A program made the position numbers and the translations under genes. Of a stretch of 64,000 nucleotides of DNA, positions 27,299 through 36,236 are shown piece by piece. A model generated the notes under the pieces. It was not told the origin of the DNA. It ran no database searches and saw only the letters and a list, made by a program, of their open reading frames with translations. Position 1 is the stretch's first letter; every line of letters begins with the position of its first letter. This DNA comes from Acutalibacteraceae bacterium (lineage in GTDB: Bacteria > Bacillota > Clostridia > Oscillospirales > Acutalibacteraceae): the NCBI GenBank assembly GCA_045634645.1, contig JAZRAQ010000006.1, forward strand, positions 10,365 through 74,364. Reading direction: 5' to 3'.

Positions 27299-27327
27299 AT
27301 TTTAACATAAAACCACATGCTTGTCAA
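27299..27327 (-). promoter_or_regulatory. Primary sigma-A-type promoter of the BMC locus
   Basis: Minus strand TTGACA (27327-27322), 17-nt spacer, TAAAAT (27304-27299). About 55-nt leader, RBS GGAGGT. Confidence 0.65.
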
Positions 27328-27486
27328 TAGCAAAACCACAAAAAAACAGAAAAACAACGAATAAAACCAAATATTATGTTAATCATCATAAACGACCTAA
27401 ATTCAAAAAAACACATTATTTTAACAGATTTTTTCTTTACATATATTCATTGTTTTGTTAAAATAATTATAAAGGAGGAAATTATT

Positions 27487-28425
27487 ATGATTCTAATAGT
27501 TTTAGTAGTTGTTTTAGTTTTGATTTTACTCTGCTTAAGAGTTGTTCCGCAAGCAAGTGAACACGTTATTGAGCGATTGGGTAAATATTGCAAAACCTGG
27601 GAGGCAGGACTTCACTTTCTAATACCGGTAATTGACCGCGTTGCAAAACGCGTAACCTTAAAAGAACAAGTTCTTGACTCTCCGCCGCAACCCGTTATCA
27701 CCAAAGATAATGTAACAATGCAAATCGACACTGTTGTTTACTTTAAAGTGTTTGATGCTAAATTGTTCACATACGGTGCAGTAAATCCCATCAGTGCGCT
27801 TTCAAATCTTACCGCCACAACACTTCGCAACATTGTTGGCGAGTTGGAATTAGATGATACCCTCACCTCGCGCGATACGATAAATGGTAAAATGACCGAA
27901 ATTTTAGACTGCGCTACTGACCAGTGGGGAATCAAGGTTAACCGCGTAGAACTTAAAAATATTATTCCACCCTCTGAAATTCAAAACGCAATGGAAAAGC
28001 AAATGAAGGCTGAACGCGACCGCCGCGAAACTTTATTAGAAGCAGAAGGTCACAAAGCCGCAGTTATTACCCGCGCCGAAGGCGATAAACAGGCAATGAT
28101 TTTAGCCGCCGAGGGTGAGCGCGATGCAAGAATAGCCCGTGCTGAAGGTGAGGCAAAAGCTATATTACTTGCTAAAAAAGCGGAGGCTGACGGTTTGGCC
28201 GCCCTTAAAGCTGCAAATGCAGACTTGAGCGTTTTAGAACTCAAAAAATATGAAGCCTTGGTTGCCATGTCTAACGGCAGTGCTTCAAAAATAATCATCC
28301 CAACCGATGCGGTTGAGATGACAAAATCAAACGTTATATTTAGCGAAACAAGCGGTCTTGGTGATGTTACGAAATCCGAGCCCCAAAAGCCCCAAAAGAA
28401 AAAAAGTGACCCTTGTTGTGATTAA
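27487..28425 (+). CDS. SPFH/band-7 (stomatin/prohibitin-like) membrane protein
   Basis: N-terminal TM, then RVVPQASEHVIERLGKY...PPQPVITKDNVTMQIDTVVYFKV and an AE-rich coiled coil. ATG at 27487 lies 7 nt after AAGGAGGA. Confidence 0.88.
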   Translation: MILIVLVVVLVLILLCLRVVPQASEHVIERLGKYCKTWEAGLHFLIPVIDRVAKRVTLKEQVLDSPPQPVITKDNVTMQIDTVVYFKVFDAKLFTYGAVNPISALSNLTATTLRNIVGELELDDTLTSRDTINGKMTEILDCATDQWGIKVNRVELKNIIPPSEIQNAMEKQMKAERDRRETLLEAEGHKAAVITRAEGDKQAMILAAEGERDARIARAEGEAKAILLAKKAEADGLAALKAANADLSVLELKKYEALVAMSNGSASKIIIPTDAVEMTKSNVIFSETSGLGDVTKSEPQKPQKKKSDPCCD

Positions 28426-28428
28426 TAC

Positions 28429-28462
28429 AAAAAAGCCGATGCTTTACGCATCGGCTTTTTTT
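28429..28462. terminator. Bidirectional terminator
   Basis: AAAAGCCGATGC-TTTAC-GCATCGGCTTTTTT. Confidence 0.85.
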
Positions 28463-29729
28463 AGAAACTAATATATTTAGACGGATTAACCTGTTTTCCG
28501 TTTTTAAGAATTTCAAAATGCAAATGAGGTCCTGTTGAACGACCGGTATTACCAAGTTTTGCAATTTGCTGACCTTGAGTTACAGTATCTCCTTTTTTAA
28601 CACAGTTTGAACTGTTGTGGGCATATCTGGTTTGATAACCGTCACCATGGTCAATTACTACTGAATAACCGTAGTTTCCGTCTCTGCCGGAGAAGATTAC
28701 CGTACCGCCCTTTGCGGCGAAAATAGCTCTTCCCGTGTCACCCGCAAGGTCAATACCCTTGTGTCCGCGTCCATCACCCCAATAAGCTGTGATTTTCTTG
28801 ACATCGCCCTTATTCATAGGACGGATAAATCCGGCAGAAGTAGCCTCTGCTCTTTCGGTTGCACTGCTGTAAGCAGACTTTGTTCCCTTTTCAACAACAC
28901 GCTCTTGGGGTTCAGAGATAACCTGACTTGAAATTAAAGTTTTTGAAATTTCTTTGCCGTTAATTGTTTCAACCTCATCAACGTTACGGGTTACACCCTT
29001 TACGCCCGCAGATATAACCTTTGTATATCCAACGTATTGCTTTGAGTTTTTAACGGTCTTTGTTTTATATGCAGTTTCTACATCGGTGGTAACTGTAGAA
29101 AGGGTTTTAACCTCTAACGTATCAATCTTTTCTTTGAAAGATTGCTCATCATCTAAGGTGTCAACTAAATAATAACCCTCTTCAAGTGTTACTTCTTGAG
29201 TAAAGCTCGCGGTATTCTCGGCACCTTCTACATAATAACGGCAACGGGCTTGTTCCAAATAGTCCTTTGCGCCGCTAAAAGTGGAATGGGTCAAGGTTTC
29301 ACCGTCTACCTTTACAGCATAACCAGCTACAAGGTTGTCAGTATTTTCTACGATAGCATTGGCCAGCTTGTCCTCACCGTCTATCTTATCATTGATAGTA
29401 ATGGTTAAAGCAAATTTAGGATTTTTAATCGCATTAGCGGTTTCTTCGTCCTCAATGTTTTCCAAAAGCAAGGCTTTAGCCTTATCGAAAACTTGGGTTT
29501 TGCGTACGACGGCAATATTTTTGCCCGAATAATTAACATTAAAGCCAACGGTTATACCGCAAGCAACTATACTTACTACCAAAGAAAGCATTGCAACCAG
29601 GGCAAAGCTTGTAAATTTAACCAATATTCTGTTTCCTTTTACGAATCTAAAAACTGTGTTAAGTTTTTCGGTTATTAAATTCTTAAAAATAACAGTCCAC
29701 TCCTTTGAAAAGTTACAATTTGTAATCAT
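28461..29729 (-). CDS. Membrane-anchored G5-domain M23 family metallopeptidase (peptidoglycan endopeptidase)
   Basis: M23 motifs HKGIDLAG and GPHLHFEI. G5-like segment VETINGKEISKTLISSQVISEPQERVVEKGTK. The start is uncertain: a TTGCAA-17-TATAAT promoter overlaps the first codons of the track ORF. Confidence 0.8.
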   Translation of the reverse strand: MITNCNFSKEWTVIFKNLITEKLNTVFRFVKGNRILVKFTSFALVAMLSLVVSIVACGITVGFNVNYSGKNIAVVRKTQVFDKAKALLLENIEDEETANAIKNPKFALTITINDKIDGEDKLANAIVENTDNLVAGYAVKVDGETLTHSTFSGAKDYLEQARCRYYVEGAENTASFTQEVTLEEGYYLVDTLDDEQSFKEKIDTLEVKTLSTVTTDVETAYKTKTVKNSKQYVGYTKVISAGVKGVTRNVDEVETINGKEISKTLISSQVISEPQERVVEKGTKSAYSSATERAEATSAGFIRPMNKGDVKKITAYWGDGRGHKGIDLAGDTGRAIFAAKGGTVIFSGRDGNYGYSVVIDHGDGYQTRYAHNSSNCVKKGDTVTQGQQIAKLGNTGRSTGPHLHFEILKNGKQVNPSKYISF

Positions 29730-29963
29730 CACGAATGTTATTATAACAAAAAGGTTACAAAATTGCAACCTTTTTTGTAACTTTTTTAATATTTTTTTAA
29801 TTTTTTCATAAAAAATACAAAAAATTTTCGCATTTCAGTTATTTTTTAAATATTTTTTATAAAAATTGGTTGCGAAAACCGTTTTTTGAATATACATATA
29901 TATTTTTGTTGTACTAAAGTCAAAAAAATGGTAAAATAAATTAAATCATTTTTGAGGTGTAAA

Positions 29964-32123
29964 ATGGATATTTTAAAGAAACTTACAGAAGAATTTTCAC
30001 TAAAACCGTTTCAGGTTGAAAATACGGTAAAATTGATTGATGAAGGTAATACCATACCTTTTATTGCCCGTTACCGCAAGGAAGCGACAGGTTCGCTTGA
30101 AGACCAGATTTTGCGCGAGCTTTCTGACAGACTGACCTATCTTCGCAATATGGACGAAACGAGAGAAAAAATCAAGTCATCTATTGAAGAACAGGGTGCT
30201 TTGACTGATGAACTTATAGAGGCTATCGAAAACGCGCTAACCTTAACCGAACTTGACGATATTTACCGTCCTTACAAGAAAAAACGTAAAACAAGCGCTT
30301 CGGTTGCCAAGGAAAAGGGACTTGAGCCTTTAGCAGATATTATTTACACCCAAGAGCCTGATTGCCAAGAGCCTGTTATTTTGGCAAAAAAATATATAAA
30401 TCCCGAACTTGGTGTTGAAACTGCCGAGGACGCCTTACAAGGCGCTATGGACATTATTGCCGAAAAAATCTCGGATGATGCCGATATCAGACGCCGTATG
30501 CGTTTTGTTTGCTCGGCTCACGGAATTTTAAACGTTAAGGGTACCAAGGACGAGCTTGGCGTTTATGAAATGTACGCCGATTACAGTGAAAGCATTTCAA
30601 AAATCGCCGACCACCGTATTCTTGCCATTAACCGCGGTGAAAAAGAAGAATTTTTAAAGGTTTCAATTGATTTTGATAAAGAAAAAGCATTATTTATAAT
30701 CGCTAAAAACCATATAAAAGAGGGTTCACCCGCTACCGAAACGGTAAAATTGGCAGCAGAGGATGCTTATTCAAGACTTATCTTCCCGTCAGTTGAGCGT
30801 GAAATCCGTTCAGAATTAACCGAAAGGGCAAGCACTTCGGCTATTAAGGTTTTCTCAACCAATTTAAAGCAATTACTAATGCAACCTCCCGTTAAGGATA
30901 AGGTTACATTAGGTTTAGACCCCGGATACAGAACGGGTTGTAAGGTGGCTGTAGTTGACGGTACAGGTAAGGTTTTAGACACAGGTGTTATCTACCCCGT
31001 ACCCCCTAAAAACGACATTGAAAATGCCAAGAAAATAATAAAAGATTTCGTTAAAAAATACGGTGTAGAGGTTTTTGCTATCGGTAACGGTACCGCAAGC
31101 CACGAAACCGAAGTTTTTGCCGCAGACGTTATTAAGGAATTAGACCAAAACGTTTCATATATGGTGGTAAGCGAAGCGGGGGCCAGTGTTTACTCAGCTT
31201 CAAAATTAGCGGCAGAAGAATTCCCCGAATATGATGTTTCTTTAAGAAGCGCGGTTTCTATTGCCCGCCGACTTCAAGACCCATTGGCAGAGCTTGTTAA
31301 AATTGACCCAAAGGCAATAGGCGTTGGCCAATATCAGCACGATATGCCCCAAAACCAGTTAAACGGCGCGCTTGACGGTGTTGTAGAATCTTGCGTTAAC
31401 AACGTAGGCGTTGACCTTAACACCGCTTCGGTTCAGTTGTTGGCACGCGTTTCCGGTCTTGGTAATGCGGTTGCTAAAAATATTGTAACCTACCGCGAAG
31501 AAAACGGAAAATTCGTTTCCCGAGCAGGACTTAAAAAAGTTCCTAAATTAGGACCAAAAGCATTCGAGCAGTGCGCAGGCTTTTTGCGTATTGCAGACTC
31601 AAAGAACGTGCTTGATAACACATCAGTTCACCCCGAAAGCTATTCGGCAGCCGAATCTCTTTTAAAACTTTGCGGTTATACCGATAATGATGTTAAATCA
31701 GGCTCGGTTTCAGACCTTACACAAAGAGCAGAGGCTAAAGGTATTGAAAACATTGCAAACGAATTAGGAATCGGTGTGCCAACCCTTAACGATATTATTA
31801 AGGAATTAGAGCGCCCCGGCAGAGACCCGCGTGACGAATTGCCGCCTCCTTTACTTCGCACCGATATAATGTCTATGGAAGACCTCAAAAGCGGAATGGA
31901 ACTGACAGGTACGGTTAGAAACGTTATCGACTTTGGTGCTTTTATTGACATTGGAGTTCATCAGGACGGACTTGTTCACATATCCCAAATAACCGATAAA
32001 TATATAAAACACCCCAGCGAAGTTTTAAAGGTTGGCGACATTGTAAAGGTTTGGGTTTTATCGGTGGACGTAAATAAAAAGCGTATATCGCTTACTATGC
32101 GAAAGGATAAACTTAACGGATAA
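29964..32123 (+). CDS. tex: Tex-like transcription accessory protein (YqgF/HhH/S1 domains)
   Basis: IPFIARYRKEATG N-terminus and a C-terminal S1 domain (GTVRNVIDFGAFIDIGVHQDGLVHISQI). ATG at 29964 follows GAGGTG. Confidence 0.92.
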   Translation: MDILKKLTEEFSLKPFQVENTVKLIDEGNTIPFIARYRKEATGSLEDQILRELSDRLTYLRNMDETREKIKSSIEEQGALTDELIEAIENALTLTELDDIYRPYKKKRKTSASVAKEKGLEPLADIIYTQEPDCQEPVILAKKYINPELGVETAEDALQGAMDIIAEKISDDADIRRRMRFVCSAHGILNVKGTKDELGVYEMYADYSESISKIADHRILAINRGEKEEFLKVSIDFDKEKALFIIAKNHIKEGSPATETVKLAAEDAYSRLIFPSVEREIRSELTERASTSAIKVFSTNLKQLLMQPPVKDKVTLGLDPGYRTGCKVAVVDGTGKVLDTGVIYPVPPKNDIENAKKIIKDFVKKYGVEVFAIGNGTASHETEVFAADVIKELDQNVSYMVVSEAGASVYSASKLAAEEFPEYDVSLRSAVSIARRLQDPLAELVKIDPKAIGVGQYQHDMPQNQLNGALDGVVESCVNNVGVDLNTASVQLLARVSGLGNAVAKNIVTYREENGKFVSRAGLKKVPKLGPKAFEQCAGFLRIADSKNVLDNTSVHPESYSAAESLLKLCGYTDNDVKSGSVSDLTQRAEAKGIENIANELGIGVPTLNDIIKELERPGRDPRDELPPPLLRTDIMSMEDLKSGMELTGTVRNVIDFGAFIDIGVHQDGLVHISQITDKYIKHPSEVLKVGDIVKVWVLSVDVNKKRISLTMRKDKLNG

Positions 32124-33053
32124 ATGAAAACCAATAATTTAAAAGGAAGTTTAATTTTAGGTTTAGCCTCGCTTATATGGGGGCTTGCCTTTGTGGCACA
32201 AAGCAGCGCGGCAGACAAGGTGCCGAGTTTTACATTTAATGCGCTTCGCTCATTCATCGGCGCATTTGCGCTACTCATTTTTTGGAAAATCACCAACTTA
32301 AAGGAAAAAACAAGTTTTTTCCCTAAGGACAAAAAAGCTAAAAAAGGATATTTTTTATCAGCAATCGTTTGCGGTGTGTGCCTTGCAATTTCGATTAACT
32401 TCCAACAGTTCGGTATCGAGGCATACCCAAACGAAGGGGTTGCCAAAGAGGCGCGCGCAGGCTTTTTAACCGCTCTTTATGTTATTTTAGTGCCGATTTT
32501 TTCAGTGCTTTTACGCAAAAAAATATCTCCCCTCGTTTTAGTAGGCGGTGTGGTGTCAATAGTGGGCATCTACTGTCTTTTAGGCGGGAAATTCGAAGGC
32601 ATTTATTTAGGTGATGTTTTGCTATTCCTGTGTGCCATAAGCTTTGCTCTGCATATAATGTCGGTAGATAAATTTGTAACGCTCACCGGCGGAGTAAAAT
32701 TATCAATTATGCAATTTTTAGTGGCAGGTATCATTTCAGCCATTTTAGGACTGATTTTTGATACGGTAAATTGGCAAAACGTACTCTCTTGCGCGCCACA
32801 AATTTTATATTTAGGTGTAATGTCAAGCGGAGTTGCATATACACTGCAAATAGTCGGCCAAAAATATGCCGAGCCTGCAGTGGCATCAATCACTATGAGT
32901 CTTGAAAGCGTGTTTGCCGCATTAGGCGGTATGGTAATATCGGGAAATATGCTACTGCCAAACGAGCTGCTAGGCTGTGCATTGGTATTTACGGCTATAA
33001 TAATTGCCCAAATCCCAGAACTATTAAAGAAAAACAACCCAAATTCCATATAA
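32124..33053 (+). CDS. DMT superfamily (EamA-type) transporter
   Basis: 10 predicted TM segments and duplicated EamA-like halves. The start abuts the tex stop. Confidence 0.75.
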   Translation: MKTNNLKGSLILGLASLIWGLAFVAQSSAADKVPSFTFNALRSFIGAFALLIFWKITNLKEKTSFFPKDKKAKKGYFLSAIVCGVCLAISINFQQFGIEAYPNEGVAKEARAGFLTALYVILVPIFSVLLRKKISPLVLVGGVVSIVGIYCLLGGKFEGIYLGDVLLFLCAISFALHIMSVDKFVTLTGGVKLSIMQFLVAGIISAILGLIFDTVNWQNVLSCAPQILYLGVMSSGVAYTLQIVGQKYAEPAVASITMSLESVFAALGGMVISGNMLLPNELLGCALVFTAIIIAQIPELLKKNNPNSI

Positions 33054-33070
33054 GGAATTTGGGTTGTTTA
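33033..33070. terminator. Bidirectional terminator overlapping the DMT gene 3' end
   Basis: AAACAACCCAAATTCC-ATATAA-GGAATTTGGGTTGTTT 16-bp stem. Confidence 0.8.
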
Positions 33071-33071
33071 T

Positions 33072-34955
33072 TTAAGTCAACTCTAGTGCGCCGAGTTTTT
33101 CGAAAGTTTTAATATTATAATAATAAACACTATAATCTGTAACTATATAAAACACATCGCCTATATAAACACCACGGCAAATGTCCATACCGTCAATTTC
33201 AGTCTCCAGTTTTTTAATAAACCCACCGTTTTCATAAGAATAAATGAAGTAGGTGTTTTTTTTATAATTTCCATATCCGGAAAAGGCTATAATGTTTTTA
33301 CCGTAATCGGCAAGTATAGCCTTATGATTATAAAGCGACTCTGAATATACCGCAGGAACATCGGTTTTATCATTTTCGGTAACATTTGCAGGGTCGCTTA
33401 TATCAAACATTGAAAGCTTCATACCGTTTGTTCTGCCGGTAGTTTCATCAGCATTTTGGCCGATACCTAAAAGCTTGCCCTCGCCATAGGGGAAAAGATA
33501 ATTCGAAAAACCGGGGATTTTTAAAGCGCCGATTATTTTTGGATTTTTAGGGTCTTTTAAATCAACACTGAAAAGTGGGTCAACCTGACGGAAGGTTACA
33601 AAATACGCAGTGTCACCCATAAATCGTACCGAATAAACCCTTTCATCAGGCGCTATATCGGTGATTTTTCCGCTCTCCTTTAAATTACTATCCAAAACAA
33701 CAAGAGAGTTAATGGTTGTTGTCTTGTCGGGATATTTGGTTACACTATCGCCTTTTTCTATAACCGCGCCCTCTTGTAATATTTTATTTTCGGTTAAAAC
33801 AAAACGGAAATGGTCGTTATATTCATCTATAGAAAACTGATTCAAAAGGCTTCCGTTAAGCTTTGCCGAGCTTTTAAGTTCAATAGTTCCGTCTTGTATT
33901 TTAAAACGGGCAATTTGGGTTTGATTTGAGTCACTCATTCCTGCAACGATTATATTATCTGTGCTTACATATACAGTATTAGTGCCACCCAAGACCGACT
34001 GTGTTGAAATCAAAGTGCCATCCTTAATATTAAACGCGGAAATCACCGTAAACTCAGGTGAGCGGCATTCCTCGTAAAGATATACCGTATCGCACGCTAC
34101 CGAACCCTTAAATTCTTTGCTGTAAATATAAGGCATATAGGTTTCGGTATCGCTTTTTACCATATTATTAACATTTACATTAAGATTAGATATAACATAA
34201 AGTTTATTGCCGATAAGTCTTGAGGTGTTTATATAACCGCTTTGTGTGCAAATCTGCACCAATTCGGGTTTTTCAGGATTTGAAATATCATATATTATGG
34301 CCTTTACTTCTTGCTCATCAGCTTTATCGCTTAATATAACAAGTCTGTCGCCATTTAAATATAAATTTGCAGAATATACATTTTGGTCAATAATAATATC
34401 CGAAAGTTGAATTGGATTTTTTCCGGACTGGACTATTTTTATCCTGTTTCCGCCGTCACGATGGCTTAATATATATATATATTTCCCGTCCGTTTTTACG
34501 ATATCCGCTTCATCAACCCCCTCAACCTGAGTGGTAGTTTGACTATGGTTGCTTTCATTCGTACTGCTATATGCAGTGTCAGTAGTCACATCTTCAACCA
34601 TTAACTCGTTTTTCGCAAATCCGTTAATACCAATCGAATCTTTTAATTCGTCCCAAACGCTTTGCTTAAATTCCTTTAAAGCAGAATAAATTTTATCATA
34701 ATCATTTACAGTTTCCAACGGGGTTTTATTTTCTACCACAATTGTGTTAGGCGCGCTGTTTCTGCCCATTATAGCGCCTATTGTAAAAACTAAAGCCAAA
34801 GATAATACCGCTGCTACAGCTTTACCAAAATAAATCTTCATACTCTTTGTTTGCGGCTCTTTCTCATTTTGAGATAGTTTTCGTCTTACTTTTTGTTTTA
34901 TATATCCGTCCGGCTTGATTTTATCCATTTGATTCTTATAATCGTTTCCAAACAT
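33072..34955 (-). CDS. Single-pass membrane protein with a large extracytoplasmic beta-propeller domain; candidate anti-sigma factor
   Basis: A 45-aa basic cytoplasmic N-terminus and one TM (AVAAVLSLALVFTIGAIM), then about 560 aa resembling the secreted beta-propeller family (COG4880-like, from memory). The start overlaps the sigma gene stop (TAATG). Confidence 0.6.
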   Translation of the reverse strand: MFGNDYKNQMDKIKPDGYIKQKVRRKLSQNEKEPQTKSMKIYFGKAVAAVLSLALVFTIGAIMGRNSAPNTIVVENKTPLETVNDYDKIYSALKEFKQSVWDELKDSIGINGFAKNELMVEDVTTDTAYSSTNESNHSQTTTQVEGVDEADIVKTDGKYIYILSHRDGGNRIKIVQSGKNPIQLSDIIIDQNVYSANLYLNGDRLVILSDKADEQEVKAIIYDISNPEKPELVQICTQSGYINTSRLIGNKLYVISNLNVNVNNMVKSDTETYMPYIYSKEFKGSVACDTVYLYEECRSPEFTVISAFNIKDGTLISTQSVLGGTNTVYVSTDNIIVAGMSDSNQTQIARFKIQDGTIELKSSAKLNGSLLNQFSIDEYNDHFRFVLTENKILQEGAVIEKGDSVTKYPDKTTTINSLVVLDSNLKESGKITDIAPDERVYSVRFMGDTAYFVTFRQVDPLFSVDLKDPKNPKIIGALKIPGFSNYLFPYGEGKLLGIGQNADETTGRTNGMKLSMFDISDPANVTENDKTDVPAVYSESLYNHKAILADYGKNIIAFSGYGNYKKNTYFIYSYENGGFIKKLETEIDGMDICRGVYIGDVFYIVTDYSVYYYNIKTFEKLGALELT

Positions 34956-35452
34956 TATAAATCCTCCGTTCCAAGTATTATTTTTAATCTCGCCCTTGCG
35001 CGCGAAAGGTGAGTTTTAACGGTTGCGGGCGCTATTTTAGTTATTTGGGAAATTTCCTCAACCGAGTAGCCCATATAATAGTGAAGATGAATTACGGTAC
35101 GGTATTTAAGCGGAAGCTTTAAAACAGCTAAAAGTGTTTCATTATCAGTCGGTTTATCGGGCGACTGTAAAGAATCACTCAAACCCTCGGTATTTTTAGA
35201 CCAAAAAGAAGAAAGCAGACTGTTAGAGCAATTTATTGTTATTCTGATAAGCATAGCCTTTATATGCTCTTCGGACTCCATTTTGCCCCACACCTTCATA
35301 TACCGCAAAAATACCTCCTGCAATATGTCGTCTGCATCGTATTTGCTTTTTGTGCGCAAAAATCCAAGCCGATAAACCATATCTGCATAACGTTCAAAAA
35401 CCGCTTCAGGTTCAGCAAAAAGCTTGTTCCCCGTATTTACTGCTTCTTTCAT
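34955..35452 (-). CDS. ECF-type RNA polymerase sigma-70 family factor
   Basis: Region 2 (DADDILQEVFLRYMK) and region 4 HTH (YYMGYSVEEISQITKIAPATVKTHLSRAR). ATG at 35452 follows GGAAGGGAAG. Confidence 0.85.
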   Translation of the reverse strand: MKEAVNTGNKLFAEPEAVFERYADMVYRLGFLRTKSKYDADDILQEVFLRYMKVWGKMESEEHIKAMLIRITINCSNSLLSSFWSKNTEGLSDSLQSPDKPTDNETLLAVLKLPLKYRTVIHLHYYMGYSVEEISQITKIAPATVKTHLSRARARLKIILGTEDL

Positions 35453-35576
35453 TCTTCTTCCCTTCCATTCTATCAATAATACTTTTCGAAATGCCAAAAG
35501 GTTTCATTTTTGGAAAAATTTTTCTATATTCAATTTTAAACTTGAAAATATCCTTTTGTCAACAATTCTATTATTA

Positions 35577-35610
35577 AAAAGCCCAATTCCAAAAAAGGAA
35601 TTGGGCAAAA
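35577..35610 (-). terminator. Terminator after the folD-downstream gene
   Basis: GCCCAATTCC-AAAAAA-GGAATTGGGC with a T-run on the minus strand. Confidence 0.75.
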
Positions 35611-35615
35611 TAATT

Positions 35616-36236
35616 TTAATTTTTATTTGTAAAAGAATCTTTTATAATCAAACCTAAAACAAAAACTGCAAAAACAGAAAATACTATTATTCCTGCGGTG
35701 GCTACCCCTTTAAAAACAGCGCTTGGTTCTTTTATCTGGTCGTTGAAATAATCTTCAATATAATCGGTATCCTCATTTATATCGGTATGAAAGCTTAAAA
35801 TTAAATTTACACCGTTATCAACAGTGATATATTGAGTTAAAATGTACTCTCCGCCCGAATCTTTAGTCCTTGCAGTAACTTTTAAGAATTTATATTTTCC
35901 TCTTTCGATTATTTCACCGTTTTCAGTGACGCTTAATTCCTTAGCAAGCTCTAAAATTTCGCTGTCCCTAAGGGAATAAAAGCTATCAACCTCTTTAGAA
36001 AATTCATCCATATATTCAGTTGTTTTAATTTGCTTTGTATTATCCTTATTTACTGCCAAATATTTTATGTTGGTATACTCAACATAATCGCGAAGTTCAA
36101 CCGCTGACATACCTAAAATTTCGGCAACCTTATTAGAGTCCTTGCCGTAAACATAAAATGTATCACCACTTTTAGCCGACACGTTAAACGACAAAAGACA
36201 AATAAGACAAACAAAAATTAAAGCTTTTTTAAACAA
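35616..36236 (-). CDS. Hypothetical exported protein (N-terminal signal peptide, C-terminal TM anchor)
   Basis: Signal-like MFKKALIFVCLICLLSFNVSA and C-terminal TM GVATAGIIVFSVFAVFVLGLII. No family recognised. Confidence 0.5.
   Translation of the reverse strand: MFKKALIFVCLICLLSFNVSAKSGDTFYVYGKDSNKVAEILGMSAVELRDYVEYTNIKYLAVNKDNTKQIKTTEYMDEFSKEVDSFYSLRDSEILELAKELSVTENGEIIERGKYKFLKVTARTKDSGGEYILTQYITVDNGVNLILSFHTDINEDTDYIEDYFNDQIKEPSAVFKGVATAGIIVFSVFAVFVLGLIIKDSFTNKN

Noticed and set aside
27376-27486. 37-codon N-terminal extension of the SPFH protein
   Set aside because: It is AT-rich, has no RBS, and overlaps the divergent promoter region. AAGGAGGA plus ATG at 27487 gives the typical short N-terminus plus TM.
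31976-33049. Two minus-strand ORFs (156 aa and 148 aa)
   Set aside because: They are antisense to the tex 3' end and the DMT transporter gene, with no RBS or motifs.
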